A stretch of 64,000 nt of DNA from an uncultured Bacilli bacterium. Lineage in GTDB: Bacteria > Bacillota_I > Bacilli_A > RF39 > UBA660. The notes beneath the pieces are model-generated. The model was given only the letters and a program-made list of their open reading frames with translations, did not search any database and had not been told where the DNA came from. The position numbers and the translations under genes were made by a program. Shown piece after piece: positions 17,172 to 27,216 of this stretch (position 1 is its first letter; every line of letters starts with the position of its first letter). The stretch covers positions 5,113 through 69,112 of the forward strand of contig CAKPPW010000004.1 of the NCBI GenBank assembly GCA_934177995.1. Direction: 5' to 3'.

Positions 17172-18087
17172 AATTATCTTCTCCTATCTTTATTTTAATA
17201 TTAATTTTTTTATTAGGATTAATTAAAGTTGTCTTGATATTGTTATCTTTCTGATATGTTAAAAATTCATTAATCTCTTTTTTGAATAACTTTTTAATAG
17301 AATTTATTAACTTCTTACTATTATTAATATCACTAGAAGATATATCCATTGCTATAGTAACAGTATCTTTTATTAACATAGACTTAACATCATTAAATTC
17401 CACTTCATAAGACTTATTATCAATAGTTATTTCTTGATGAAAAGATGTTAACTTATTATTTAAAAGATAATTAATCTTTGCCTGTTTAGCATCTATTAAA
17501 ATATTTTTTTTATAAACTTCTAATCCAGTAGTTGTCAGAGTCTTATCTAAAGAAATAATAGGAAGAGTACTTTCTCTTTTTTTATTAACAATATCCTTTA
17601 GATAATCTTCAAAAGTACTAAGATAGATATTAGCATCATCTATTCTTTTTTTATTTATTTCTTTAATTATTTTACTGCTACTATCATACTTTTTAAATAA
17701 ACTTTTAATATCACTATTAGTACCTACTATTAAATAATTCATTTGTGTGAATTGTTTTTGAAAATAATTAATTATCTCTTCATCCAATAACTTACTTTGA
17801 AATACTACTAACTTTAAATGACCATAGTAAGCCTTCTTATTATTAATCTTTTTAGCTTTAAGAAAGATACTTCCTAGACTATTACCTTCAAAAGTAGAAA
17901 CTTGATAAATTGATTTAGTAGCATTATCAGTCTTTTCCTCCTTAATAGTATTAACAGTTAGAAAGTATTTATCATTAACTTTTTCAAGACCTATCATGTC
18001 TACAATAACTAAGTCATTTACCTCAACATAAGGAGTATAACCAGTAAGTAGTAATAGTACTAAGATAGGTATAATCATCTTTTTCAT
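17158..18087 (-). CDS. Spore germination protein, Ger(x)C-type subunit, with Tyr in place of the lipobox Cys
   Basis: Signal peptide MKKMIIPILVLLLLTGY followed by EVNDLVIVDMIGLEK, the typical GerxC mature N-terminus. It lies between the GerAA-like and GerAB-like genes. Confidence 0.7.
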   Translation of the reverse strand: MKKMIIPILVLLLLTGYTPYVEVNDLVIVDMIGLEKVNDKYFLTVNTIKEEKTDNATKSIYQVSTFEGNSLGSIFLKAKKINNKKAYYGHLKLVVFQSKLLDEEIINYFQKQFTQMNYLIVGTNSDIKSLFKKYDSSSKIIKEINKKRIDDANIYLSTFEDYLKDIVNKKRESTLPIISLDKTLTTTGLEVYKKNILIDAKQAKINYLLNNKLTSFHQEITIDNKSYEVEFNDVKSMLIKDTVTIAMDISSSDINNSKKLINSIKKLFKKEINEFLTYQKDNNIKTTLINPNKKINIKIKIGEDNYDQE

Positions 18088-19494
18088 TTAGTTACCTCTT
18101 TTCTTATTTTTAGTTAGGAGGGGATTTCTTTTTAGTCTTTTATTACTTCTAAGTTTGATAATGGCGTCTCCCAATTCTTCTTTAACAAGGGGTGAGAAAG
18201 GAGCAAAGTAAGGGTAATCTAAGGCTTTAGTAGTAACAAGTGAAGAAAGTAAGAATAAGAAACCTATATAGATACCAAAGATACCAAAGAACATAGCTAG
18301 AAACATCATTAAGAAACGAAGCCAACGAAGAGAGGCAATCATCTCTTGAGATGAGAAAGCAAGTCCAGAAATAGCTGATATTGAAATAACTATAATCATA
18401 ATAGGGGAGATAATACCAGCTGATACGGCAGCATCTCCTAATATTAATCCTCCAAGAATAGAAACAGCACTACCAGTAGATGATTGTTTTCTAATATCAC
18501 TTTCTCTTAATATTTCAAAGGAAATACTCATAAATAAAGCTTCTGTTAAAGCTGAGAAAGGAACACTTTCTCTTTGAGCCATAAAGTTAAGTAAAAATGG
18601 TAGGGGAAGTGCTTCTTGATTATGAGTAGTAAGAGCAATATATAAAGCAGGAGTAAAAATAGAGACGATAAAAGCAAGTAATCTAATAATTCTAATGAAA
18701 CTAACATTAATTGCTTTTTGGTAATAATCATCTGGAGTATGTAAAAAATCAACAAAGAAAGAAGGAGTAATTAAAACATAAGGAGAATTATCAACTACAA
18801 TACAAACTTTTCCTTCAAGAAGAGCTTGACTAACTCTATCAGGTCGCTCACTCATTAAAACAGTAGGGAAAAGAAAGTTCTTATCATCTTCTAAATAGCT
18901 TTTTAACATACCACTATCAATAACACCATCTATCTTAACATTAGAAAGAATATCTTTTACCTTTTTAACGGTATTTAAAGAAGCGATATCCTTCATATAA
19001 ATAATACCCGTCTTACATCTTGATTCCTTACCAATAAATAAAGACTCGACATAACAGTTTTCAGTCCTTAATCTTCTTCTAATAAGACCAATATTAGTAT
19101 TAAAGTTTTCATTAAAAGAATCCTTACTACCCCTAATAGTAATTTCACTACTAGCTTCATTAATTCCTCTATCAAGTGTTGCCTTTGCTTCAATAGCTAA
19201 AGCTTCATCCTGATAAATAATAAGAGCAAAGCCTTTATAGATATAGTCTAACATCTCCATTTCCTTAGTTAAAACCTTAACCGTATTATCAGGTAGATTA
19301 TTATAAAGAAAGGTAATAATATCATCACCGCTATAAGATAAATTAGTAATCTTAGTTAGAATATAATGATTGATAAAATCACTACTACATAGCACTTCAT
19401 TATGAATTAGATTAATCTTTTTATTATTAAGATAAAACTCATGAGTTACTAAATCAGTATTAGTTTTTAATTTATTATATAGTTTTTCATACAT
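18088..19494 (-). CDS. Spore germination protein, GerAA-type subunit
   Basis: Contains RGINEASSE.TIRGSKDSFNE...IGLIRRRLR, VLMSERPDRVSQALLEGKVCIVVDNSPYVLI.P, and C-terminal TM helices, all typical of the GerA family. Confidence 0.85.
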   Translation of the reverse strand: MYEKLYNKLKTNTDLVTHEFYLNNKKINLIHNEVLCSSDFINHYILTKITNLSYSGDDIITFLYNNLPDNTVKVLTKEMEMLDYIYKGFALIIYQDEALAIEAKATLDRGINEASSEITIRGSKDSFNENFNTNIGLIRRRLRTENCYVESLFIGKESRCKTGIIYMKDIASLNTVKKVKDILSNVKIDGVIDSGMLKSYLEDDKNFLFPTVLMSERPDRVSQALLEGKVCIVVDNSPYVLITPSFFVDFLHTPDDYYQKAINVSFIRIIRLLAFIVSIFTPALYIALTTHNQEALPLPFLLNFMAQRESVPFSALTEALFMSISFEILRESDIRKQSSTGSAVSILGGLILGDAAVSAGIISPIMIIVISISAISGLAFSSQEMIASLRWLRFLMMFLAMFFGIFGIYIGFLFLLSSLVTTKALDYPYFAPFSPLVKEELGDAIIKLRSNKRLKRNPLLTKNKKRGN

Positions 19495-19515
19495 TTAGTT
19501 ATTCACCTCTAAAAG

Positions 19516-19544
19516 TAGTATGACCAAGAAAAATAAAATTATTA
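19516..19544 (-). promoter_or_regulatory. Candidate forespore (sigma-G/F type) promoter of the ger operon
   Basis: On the reverse strand the sequence reads TAATA - 17 nt - CATACTA. The -10 element exactly matches the sigma-G consensus CATnnTA. AGAGGTGA and the ATG follow downstream. Confidence 0.4.
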
Positions 19545-19550
19545 GAAAAG

Positions 19551-19570
19551 TCCCATAATTTCCCATAATT
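19551..19570. repeat. Perfect tandem 10-mer TCCCATAATT x2 in the ger / two-component divergent intergenic region
   Basis: Read directly from the sequence. It lies immediately upstream of the candidate ger promoter -35 element. Confidence 0.8.
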
Positions 19571-19737
19571 TCTAGATATTTTTACCAAACTTATTAGCTA
19601 TACTTAACTCATGAAAGGAAGTGATAGATGAATAAACAGAAAAAAATCTGATACTTTAATTTATCTTAATAAATATAGAAAAAGAAGGTGATAAATAGAG
19701 AAACAAATATGATATACTAGTGGTGGTGATTTGAAAA

Positions 19738-20400
19738 ATGTATAAAATATGTTTTGTAGAAGATGAAGTTGATTTACAGACGGTTGTTAAATTATATCTA
19801 GAAAAAGCAGGCTATGAAGTTATTTGCTTTGAAAAAGGAAATGATGCTATTAATTATATAGGAAATAAAGTAGATGCTTGGATACTAGATATTATGTTAG
19901 GAGATGATGTCAATGGTTATGATGTAATCAAAGCAATTCGAGAAAAATATCCTGATGTTCCGGTTTTATTCACATCGGCAAGAGATCAGGATTTGGACCG
20001 AATTTTAGGCCTAGAGTTAGGGAGCGATGATTACATAACGAAGCCTTATTCCAGTAAAGAATTAGTTTTACGAGTTAATAACTTAATAAAACGAGCTTAC
20101 AAACAAACGGAAAGTCATATATTAGAAATAGCCTCTTATCAAGTTGATTTAGACCGGAGAGTTGTAAGTAAGAAAGATAAAGAAATAAAATTAACAACTC
20201 TTGAATTTGATTTATTAGTTTTACTCTCAAAAAATATTAATAAAAGTTTTTCAAGAGAAGAAATACTAGAGTCAGTATGGGGAGATGACTACTTTGGAAG
20301 CGATAGAGCAGTCGATGACCTAGTTAGAAGGTTAAGAAAAAAATGTAAGGATTTAAATATATTAACTGTTTATGGTTACGGATATAGGTTAAGCTTATGA
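19738..20400 (+). CDS. OmpR/PhoB-family response regulator
   Basis: Receiver domain (DE acidic pocket, phospho-acceptor in WILDIMLGD, KPY) plus a winged-helix output domain (LTTLEFDLLVLL...VWG......R.VD..V.RLRKK). Its stop overlaps the kinase start (ATGA). Confidence 0.9.
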   Translation: MYKICFVEDEVDLQTVVKLYLEKAGYEVICFEKGNDAINYIGNKVDAWILDIMLGDDVNGYDVIKAIREKYPDVPVLFTSARDQDLDRILGLELGSDDYITKPYSSKELVLRVNNLIKRAYKQTESHILEIASYQVDLDRRVVSKKDKEIKLTTLEFDLLVLLSKNINKSFSREEILESVWGDDYFGSDRAVDDLVRRLRKKCKDLNILTVYGYGYRLSL

Positions 20401-21671
20401 AAATATCAGGTAAACTAAGTCATCAGTTATTCTTATTAATCCTCGTGGTATTTGCAATTACCTTCTTAATGTTGGGAATAATTTTACCCCAAGTTGTAGT
20501 ACCCATAACTGAGAAGAATATTTATAATTATTTAAAAGAACCGTTAGAATTTATCCAGTCTGATATCGATAAAAACTTAGGTGATAGTGAAATTGCCTAT
20601 ATCTATAAGTTTGGGGAAACCTCAGCTTATAGTGAAAATTTACATGACTTGATGAAATTCAAAAATGTAAGTGATATTTTATCTTATATAAAAGATGATT
20701 ATGGTAGATTTGTCTATCGCAATCAAGTATATTATTATTACACACTCCATAATGATAACGTTACTAAGATTGCTATTACAAACGATAGTTATATATTAAA
20801 GACAAAGACAGATATACTAAACTCAATCCTACCAGTAGTATTAATAACCTTTTTAATAATTGCCTTTTTGCTAATATTGTGGGGTAGTATCATTGTTAAA
20901 AAAATAGAAAAGTTAAAACAAAAGATTGATCATATAGATGATGATACTTACGACCACTCCCTATCATTTGCAGTAGAAGATGAAATTAAATCTTTAGAAA
21001 TGGCAATAGAAGATATGCGAATTTCTCTAAAAGATCAAGAGGAATATCGTAATCAAATGTATCAAAATATATCACATGACTTTAAGACACCTCTCACCGT
21101 TATAAAGTCATATATAGAAGCCTATCATGATGATATGGAAGATGCTTCAACTGTTTTAACTGTTATTAGTGAACAAACAGAAAAACTAGAATTAAAAGTA
21201 CATTCACTTCTATATTTAAATAAACTAGACTATTTAAAAAATAATATGAAAAAAGAGTATACCGTAGTAGATATGGAAAAAATAGTAGCTGCTGCAATTC
21301 GTGAATTCAAGTTTAGAAGACGCGATGTTAAGTTTATTGTTTCTTTTGATAAAAATAGTAAATTCTATGGAACTGAAGAATATTTTGAAACAATAATTGA
21401 TAACCTCTTAGCAAACTTTTTACGGTATGCTGATAAAACGATTAAGATAACTGCCAAGAATAATCGTTTAACCTTATATAATGATGGTCCAAATATTGAC
21501 TCGTCTTTACTTGACGGAATCTTTACTCCGTTCCGAAAAGGTATTAAAGGGGAGTTTGGACTAGGTCTATCCATAGTTAAAAAGACATTATTACTTATGG
21601 ATTATGACATTACAATTAAAAACGAAAAGAAAGGTGTTTCCTTTCATATATTTAAGACTTCTAATAAATAG
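20397..21671 (+). CDS. Sensor histidine kinase (HisKA + HATPase_c)
   Basis: Two TM helices, H-box ISHDFKTPLT, N-box DNLLANFLRYA, G-box GLGLSIVKK. Confidence 0.85.
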   Translation: MKISGKLSHQLFLLILVVFAITFLMLGIILPQVVVPITEKNIYNYLKEPLEFIQSDIDKNLGDSEIAYIYKFGETSAYSENLHDLMKFKNVSDILSYIKDDYGRFVYRNQVYYYYTLHNDNVTKIAITNDSYILKTKTDILNSILPVVLITFLIIAFLLILWGSIIVKKIEKLKQKIDHIDDDTYDHSLSFAVEDEIKSLEMAIEDMRISLKDQEEYRNQMYQNISHDFKTPLTVIKSYIEAYHDDMEDASTVLTVISEQTEKLELKVHSLLYLNKLDYLKNNMKKEYTVVDMEKIVAAAIREFKFRRRDVKFIVSFDKNSKFYGTEEYFETIIDNLLANFLRYADKTIKITAKNNRLTLYNDGPNIDSSLLDGIFTPFRKGIKGEFGLGLSIVKKTLLLMDYDITIKNEKKGVSFHIFKTSNK

Positions 21672-21708
21672 GAGTCTTTTTGGTTATACTTATTACTGGT
21701 GATATAAA

Positions 21709-22491
21709 GTGAAAATATTAATTACAGGTGGTATATCAGGTCTAGGATATAGTGTAGCTAAAGAACTAGTTCTTAAAGGACATATTGTCTATCTTGGTGT
21801 TAGAACTAAGGAAGAAGAAGTATATATCAATGATAAGCTTCAAAAAGAGAAATTAATAATGTTTCCTTTAGTACTTGATCTTGATAGTGATTCTTTTACT
21901 TTTACTGATGATATAGATTTATTATATTTAAATGCTTCTATTGGAAAAGGTGGTAGTATCTTAGAAATGAATGATAATTATTTAAAAGATACCTTTACTA
22001 CAAATATCTTAGGAAATGTTAATCTAATTAAGAAGTACTTAAAAAATAGATATGCTACTAAGAAGAAAGGTAAAATAGTAATAACATCATCTCTAGCTGG
22101 TTTTCTACCACTTCCATATCTATATAGTTATACTTATACTAAACTTAGTCTTTATCATTTAGCGAATACTCTAAGATTAGAATGTCTTTATCAAGGACTT
22201 GATATAGAAATATTTACTATCTTACCAGGAGCCTATTATACAGGATTTAATCAAGTGATGATTGATAATAAAGATAAATCAGACTTTGCCTTGAGAGAAA
22301 AAGCTATTAATATGACTAAGTATCAGCATTTACTATTTAATCTATTAGAGAAGAAAGACTTAACTAACTTTTCTAAGAAGGTGAGTAAGGAAATTACTAA
22401 GAAGCATCTTAAACGTATTATATCTTTACCATATGATCAATTTATATTTACTAAGTTATATCTTTTCGTAAGGTGGTTGCTATTTATCTAA
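21709..22491 (+). CDS. SDR-family oxidoreductase
   Basis: ITGGISGLGYSVA (TGxxxGxG) and YTYTK (YxxxK). GTG start. Confidence 0.7.
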   Translation: MKILITGGISGLGYSVAKELVLKGHIVYLGVRTKEEEVYINDKLQKEKLIMFPLVLDLDSDSFTFTDDIDLLYLNASIGKGGSILEMNDNYLKDTFTTNILGNVNLIKKYLKNRYATKKKGKIVITSSLAGFLPLPYLYSYTYTKLSLYHLANTLRLECLYQGLDIEIFTILPGAYYTGFNQVMIDNKDKSDFALREKAINMTKYQHLLFNLLEKKDLTNFSKKVSKEITKKHLKRIISLPYDQFIFTKLYLFVRWLLFI

Positions 22492-22527
22492 AATATAAGT
22501 ATAATATCAGGTATGGTGTGATTAAAT

Positions 22528-23202
22528 ATGGAAAAGAAAGTTATAGATACTTTAGATTTATCTTCTGATATTATTAAGAAGTTAGAAGAGAAGGAAGAAG
22601 AGCTAAAAGAAGTAGATAATACAAAAGATGAAAAAGAAAAAGAAATAAAATTTTTCTATCAGTTAAATGATGAGATAAAAAGAGAAACTGATTTATTTAG
22701 TTCCTTTAGTAGGGATATGAAAGATAAGCTAGATAAAGTTAATATCTCTAAAAAGAAAGGGGACATGGCTAAGAAATTATTTTATCTAATGTTAGCCATG
22801 GAACTATATAAAAAGACTCCTAAGAAAGCTTCTTTATCTTTTATCTTAGTAGAGAGTTATTTAATATCTAAAGTATTAGAAAATACTTATAGTGATAATA
22901 CTGATTATCAGTCTCTTTGTATAGATTTTCAAAAAGAAATATTAAAAGGTATTGATAATATAGAGTCTTTTATTAATAAGATAGATACTAACTTTGATAC
23001 TATTTCTAAGATGAAAAAGGAATTAACAAGTAAATATAAAGATTATCTAGATACTAATCCTTTTAAAGATTTATTTAGGGATTTAGATAATGTTACTACT
23101 TTACTAAATTCAAGAAGAAAAGAGTTAGTAGATATTCATAAATCACTTGATGATAGTTATAAACTTAGTGAAGAAAAAATCAAGATTTTATCATATAGTT
23201 AA
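22528..23202 (+). CDS. Hypothetical protein (224 aa)
   Basis: ORF with biased K/E/D composition and one central hydrophobic segment. No motif recognised. Confidence 0.45.
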   Translation: MEKKVIDTLDLSSDIIKKLEEKEEELKEVDNTKDEKEKEIKFFYQLNDEIKRETDLFSSFSRDMKDKLDKVNISKKKGDMAKKLFYLMLAMELYKKTPKKASLSFILVESYLISKVLENTYSDNTDYQSLCIDFQKEILKGIDNIESFINKIDTNFDTISKMKKELTSKYKDYLDTNPFKDLFRDLDNVTTLLNSRRKELVDIHKSLDDSYKLSEEKIKILSYS

Positions 23203-23265
23203 AATTTATCAAAAAAAGGTTGTCAAACACTTAAAACTATGATAATATTAAATTGTTCTTGATTT

Positions 23266-23342
23266 GGCGAGATAGCTCAGTTGGCTAGAGCGCTCGGTTC
23301 ATACCCGAAAGGTCGAGGGTTCGACTCCCCCTCTCGCTACCA
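23266..23342 (+). tRNA. tRNA-Met, elongator type (anticodon CAT)
   Basis: Hand-folded cloverleaf. The anticodon arm GGTTCATACCCG matches the B. subtilis elongator tRNA-Met. It lacks both the initiator-type 5' end and the three G-C pairs in the anticodon stem. Encoded CCA. Upstream promoter TTGTCA-17-TAATAT with TGn. Confidence 0.85.
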
Positions 23343-23356
23343 ATGAAAAATAATAA

Positions 23357-23382
23357 AGGTTTTCGTTTGAAAATCTTTTTTT
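23357..23382 (+). terminator. Intrinsic terminator after tRNA-Met
   Basis: AGGTTTTC-gttt-GAAAATCT stem-loop followed by a T run. Confidence 0.6.
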
Positions 23383-23585
23383 GTAATCTATGATTTATTT
23401 TGAAACAAAAAAATAAAATGTAATTCAATAATATGGAAAATAATAAAAATATTAGTCATTATAAGGTAAAATATGATATTATCTATTTAGTAGTTAGTTG
23501 TTTATCAACCATCTCAAAATATGACTTTTCTTTTATAAAAAAAGCTGAAGCTAAACTTGGAGGAAAAATGAGACTAGAGTGAAAT

Positions 23586-25313
23586 TTGAATGATTTGTTT
23601 GCCAGTAATGAGGATTTTTACCAAGAAATCAAAAATGTGAAAGCAACACTAGATAAATTAAAAGATACTTGCAAAGATGAACTTAATTCAGTAAAATTAT
23701 TAACTTTATTAGATGAAGAATGGAAAATTAAAAAATCAATTAATTATATCTTAGTATATGGCTCATTAATGTATTATAAAAACATTGATAATGATAAATG
23801 TATAGCTTTAAAAAAAGAAGCGGAAGAATTTAATAATAATATTAGTAGTGAACTTAAAAAGGCAGATACTGTAGTATTAAAATATGGTCAAGAAAAAGTT
23901 TTTGAATTATGTAGAACAGATGATAGATTCAAAACTTATAAACAATATTTGAATAATTTATTTAGGATGCAAGAACATGTTCAAAATGAAGAAACTAATA
24001 ACAAAATAAAGAGAAATAATGACTTTATTAATGAACAAAAAAGTAATTATAATGAATTATTAAAAAACATTGACTATGGTGAGATAGAAGAAAATGGTTC
24101 TACAATAACTTTAACTCCAAATAATATTAATAAGTATTTAGCTGCCTGTGATAGAAAAACTAGAAGACAAGCATTTTTGGCACTTAGTAGAAGTTCTAAA
24201 GATATTTTAGAGGCTCTTGCCAGTAGCTTGAATGAAATATTTAGTTATAGAATAGAAAATGCTAGGTTAGAAGGTTATAATAATGTATTAGAAAAAACAC
24301 TGTTTACAGAAAATATAGATTCTAAAATACTTACTTCATTAATTAAATCAGTTAATGAAAATCTACCATTAATTCAAGAATACTTAAAAATTAAAGCAAC
24401 TGCAGTAAGTATTGATAAACCACACTTATATGATTTTAATGTTCCCTTGGATAATGGAATGAAAAGAGAGTTTACACTTGAAGAGGCAATTAATATTATT
24501 AAAAAAGCCCTTGCTCCATTGGGAGAAGAATACTTAAAGACAGTAGATATATTACTTGATGGACATATAGATGCAACACCATCAGAAAATAAAAACCAAT
24601 CAATTGTTTTTTCTTGGCAAGATTATTCTTTTTTAAATTTTAGAGGTAGATATGTTGATGTTAAAAATCTAATTCACGAACTTGGACATAGTGTTAATTA
24701 CTATTTATCAAAGAAAAATCTTCCTTTTATGTATGAAGATAGTACTGTTTTTGTAGGTGAGACTGCTTCAATCGTAAATGAAATATTATTAACTCAATAT
24801 CTTATCAATAATTCTCAAACTGATGAGGAGAAAATATATTACTTAAGTTTGGAAATAGAAAACTATTTTACCTCTGTTTTTAAACAGACGATGCATACAG
24901 AATATGAAGATGAGTTATATAATTATTGTCAATCAAAAAAGCTAACAGTTTCAGTCTTATCGGACAAATATTTTGAAATAGTAAAGAAGTATTATGGCAA
25001 AGATGTAATATATGCTGAGGAATGCAAAACAGAATGGATTAGATTAGGACGATTATGGAGATGGAGTTATTATTCTTATAAATATGCTACAGGATTATTA
25101 ATAGCAAGTAATGTAGTTAACTCTTTAACAATAGAACATACTTTAACTAATGAAAAGTATATGGAGTTTTTAGCAGCTGGGAGTTCCCTATATTCTTTAG
25201 AATTGTTAAATTTATTAAATATAGATTTAACTAATTCTAATGTAATTAGTGATGGTTTTAAAGTTTTAGAAAAAGATATAACTTTATTAAAAGAAATGAA
25301 AAATCAATCTTAA
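23586..25313 (+). CDS. pepF: Oligoendopeptidase F (M3B family). The reading frame continues upstream through an in-frame TGA at 23580..23582
   Basis: HELGHS zinc motif, overall M3B layout, and N-terminal NLNDLFASNEDFYQEI matching the family's W.L.D(I/L)(F/Y).S motif. See the finding on the TGA. Confidence 0.8.
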   Translation: MNDLFASNEDFYQEIKNVKATLDKLKDTCKDELNSVKLLTLLDEEWKIKKSINYILVYGSLMYYKNIDNDKCIALKKEAEEFNNNISSELKKADTVVLKYGQEKVFELCRTDDRFKTYKQYLNNLFRMQEHVQNEETNNKIKRNNDFINEQKSNYNELLKNIDYGEIEENGSTITLTPNNINKYLAACDRKTRRQAFLALSRSSKDILEALASSLNEIFSYRIENARLEGYNNVLEKTLFTENIDSKILTSLIKSVNENLPLIQEYLKIKATAVSIDKPHLYDFNVPLDNGMKREFTLEEAINIIKKALAPLGEEYLKTVDILLDGHIDATPSENKNQSIVFSWQDYSFLNFRGRYVDVKNLIHELGHSVNYYLSKKNLPFMYEDSTVFVGETASIVNEILLTQYLINNSQTDEEKIYYLSLEIENYFTSVFKQTMHTEYEDELYNYCQSKKLTVSVLSDKYFEIVKKYYGKDVIYAEECKTEWIRLGRLWRWSYYSYKYATGLLIASNVVNSLTIEHTLTNEKYMEFLAAGSSLYSLELLNLLNIDLTNSNVISDGFKVLEKDITLLKEMKNQS

Positions 25314-25616
25314 ATTGTATTAAAAATGTAGTTGTTATAAATTTATTGTTATAAAAGACTAGAAATATTATTCTTTTGTTATACTTACAGAAAAACATTA
25401 AAAGTGATGTTTTACTTTTCCAATTAAGAAAAAGCAATAAGAGTTAAAAAATACTTGAATATCAAAAGAATATGCTGTAACATATAGAAACAGAGGGACG
25501 GACTAGAATGAGAATATTATGAATGTATAATAATTAAAAAATAAATAGAAAGGGAAGGTTTTAATCAATAATAGAAATTAATTAATATTTCTATAAGATT
25601 AATTCTATGAAAAAAT

Positions 25617-26009
25617 ATGATAGACAAAGTTGGAGGTATTATTTTAAATGATAAAAAGATTTTGGTACAAAGAAAGAAAAATAATAGAATTGAATGCATA
25701 ATACCTGGTGGAAAAAGAGAAAATAACGAAACTGATTTTGAAACATTAAAAAGGGAATTGTATGAAGAACTAAGTGTAGAACTAATTAGTACTGAATTTA
25801 TTGGTGGGTATGATGATATTGCTGTATTTTCAAATAAACCTATACACGTTCAAGCATACATTGCCACTATAAAAGGAAAAATAAAATGCAATAATGAAAT
25901 AAAAGAAGCGTTATGGATTGATAGAGATTATAAGAAAGAAGGAATTAAAGTGGGTAGTATATTAGGGGAACATATTATACCAGAGCTTATAAAAAGAGGT
26001 TTGATGTAA
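25617..26009 (+). CDS. NUDIX hydrolase
   Basis: Nudix box GGKRENNETDFETLKRELYEELSV (GX5EX7REUXEEXGU). Confidence 0.8.
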   Translation: MIDKVGGIILNDKKILVQRKKNNRIECIIPGGKRENNETDFETLKRELYEELSVELISTEFIGGYDDIAVFSNKPIHVQAYIATIKGKIKCNNEIKEALWIDRDYKKEGIKVGSILGEHIIPELIKRGLM

Positions 26010-26099
26010 TGATTATATTAAAAAATATAAAGTGTTTTTAATTGATACTATTAAAATGAAAAAATTTGCAATGAACTGCTTGATTTTAATTTAGAAAGA

Positions 26100-27194
26100 G
26101 TGAGAAAAATGAGCAATTTAAAAAAAAGATTAACAGATGCTGATAAAAGAAAAATAGGAATGCAAAAAATATATTCTGTTAGAATCATCCGTAATCAAAA
26201 CCAAGCTGTTGAAGGGGAGTACATAAAACAATTCTGGATGTTTTGTGGTGTCTATGTAAGAGAATTTGTATTGGAATATAAAAATGAGGTATCTGATACC
26301 CAAGAAGTTGACTGCAATATTTTTTTAGCTAAAGTGGATACTATTGGGAGCCCTATGGGTACAAATAAATTCCGTGCAAAGAAGGATATAAAAATAGATA
26401 CAAAATATGATGAGTGTGCTGGTTTGGGTATAGAAAAAAGGAAAAAATTTGGAAAACAAATAAAACAACAGTTGTTAAGTGAATTTACCGATACACAAAA
26501 TGATATTGTGAAATTGTATGATACATTTGTTAATAATGATATGGCATACATTAACTATATCCGTCATTTGTACTTAGAACAGTTTGATTTTGATAGTGAG
26601 AATCTTGAAAATAATAAAAAAGAACAAATAATAGAAAAATACATAGAGTGTTTAAAGGATATATTCAAACCTGGAGAAAAATTTGAAGGTAGTGTTTATA
26701 AAAAATTTGCCTATTTAAATTGCGGACGGAAGATAAATAAAATCTGCCAAGCAAATCGACAATATCCATATGTAAGGGTGGAAACAATAATGAAAGAGGC
26801 AAAATTACTTAGTGAGGAAGATGAAAGGTTTTCTATGGGTAACGTCTTGGCTGGCCTATCTGGAATTACAGATTATGGGCAAGAACGTGAGGCAGAAAGA
26901 TGTTTGTATCAAGCTATAAAACAGGAAAAATCACAAAAGCATAGTGCATTTTTACTATACAGACTAGGTTACTATTATGAAGTAAGTAAATATGATTGGT
27001 TTATGGGATGGAGCCTATATAGAAAACTTGACAATATCTTGCCAAATGATTACCATTATATGTTTAAACATGGATGTAAGAAAATTCATGAAGAAAAATA
27101 TGAAGAAGTACAAAATATATTTACACGAATATATAATGAAATGGAGAAACGGGCAGAAAATGATTGGATATCACTCCAAGAAATGGAATTATAA
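26100..27194 (+). CDS. Hypothetical protein (364 aa) with a helical-repeat-like C-terminus
   Basis: Long ORF. No catalytic motif recognised. C-terminal segments such as LYRLGYYYEVSKYDW look TPR-like by eye only. Confidence 0.5.
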   Translation: MRKMSNLKKRLTDADKRKIGMQKIYSVRIIRNQNQAVEGEYIKQFWMFCGVYVREFVLEYKNEVSDTQEVDCNIFLAKVDTIGSPMGTNKFRAKKDIKIDTKYDECAGLGIEKRKKFGKQIKQQLLSEFTDTQNDIVKLYDTFVNNDMAYINYIRHLYLEQFDFDSENLENNKKEQIIEKYIECLKDIFKPGEKFEGSVYKKFAYLNCGRKINKICQANRQYPYVRVETIMKEAKLLSEEDERFSMGNVLAGLSGITDYGQEREAERCLYQAIKQEKSQKHSAFLLYRLGYYYEVSKYDWFMGWSLYRKLDNILPNDYHYMFKHGCKKIHEEKYEEVQNIFTRIYNEMEKRAENDWISLQEMEL

Positions 27195-27216
27195 ATGTGC
27201 AAAAATCTTGAACTTA

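Noticed and set aside
23580-23582. Possibility that TGA encodes Trp throughout this organism (genetic code 4), prompted by the pepF TGA at a conserved Trp position
   Set aside because: Large conserved genes (valS, mutS, tkt, glmS, rnr) are intact under the standard code and use TGG for Trp. TGA terminates genes at their expected ends, for example the response regulator at 20398..20400 in an ATGA overlap with its kinase, the 27457..27459 ATGA overlap, and 41030..41032. A spore-forming Firmicute using code 4 would also be unprecedented.
26992-27216. 5' part of the track ORF 26992..27459
   Set aside because: It overlaps the 3' end of the longer ORF 26100..27194 in another frame. Only the non-overlapping 3' portion (27217..27459) is plausibly coding. 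Alternatively, the pair reflects a frameshift.
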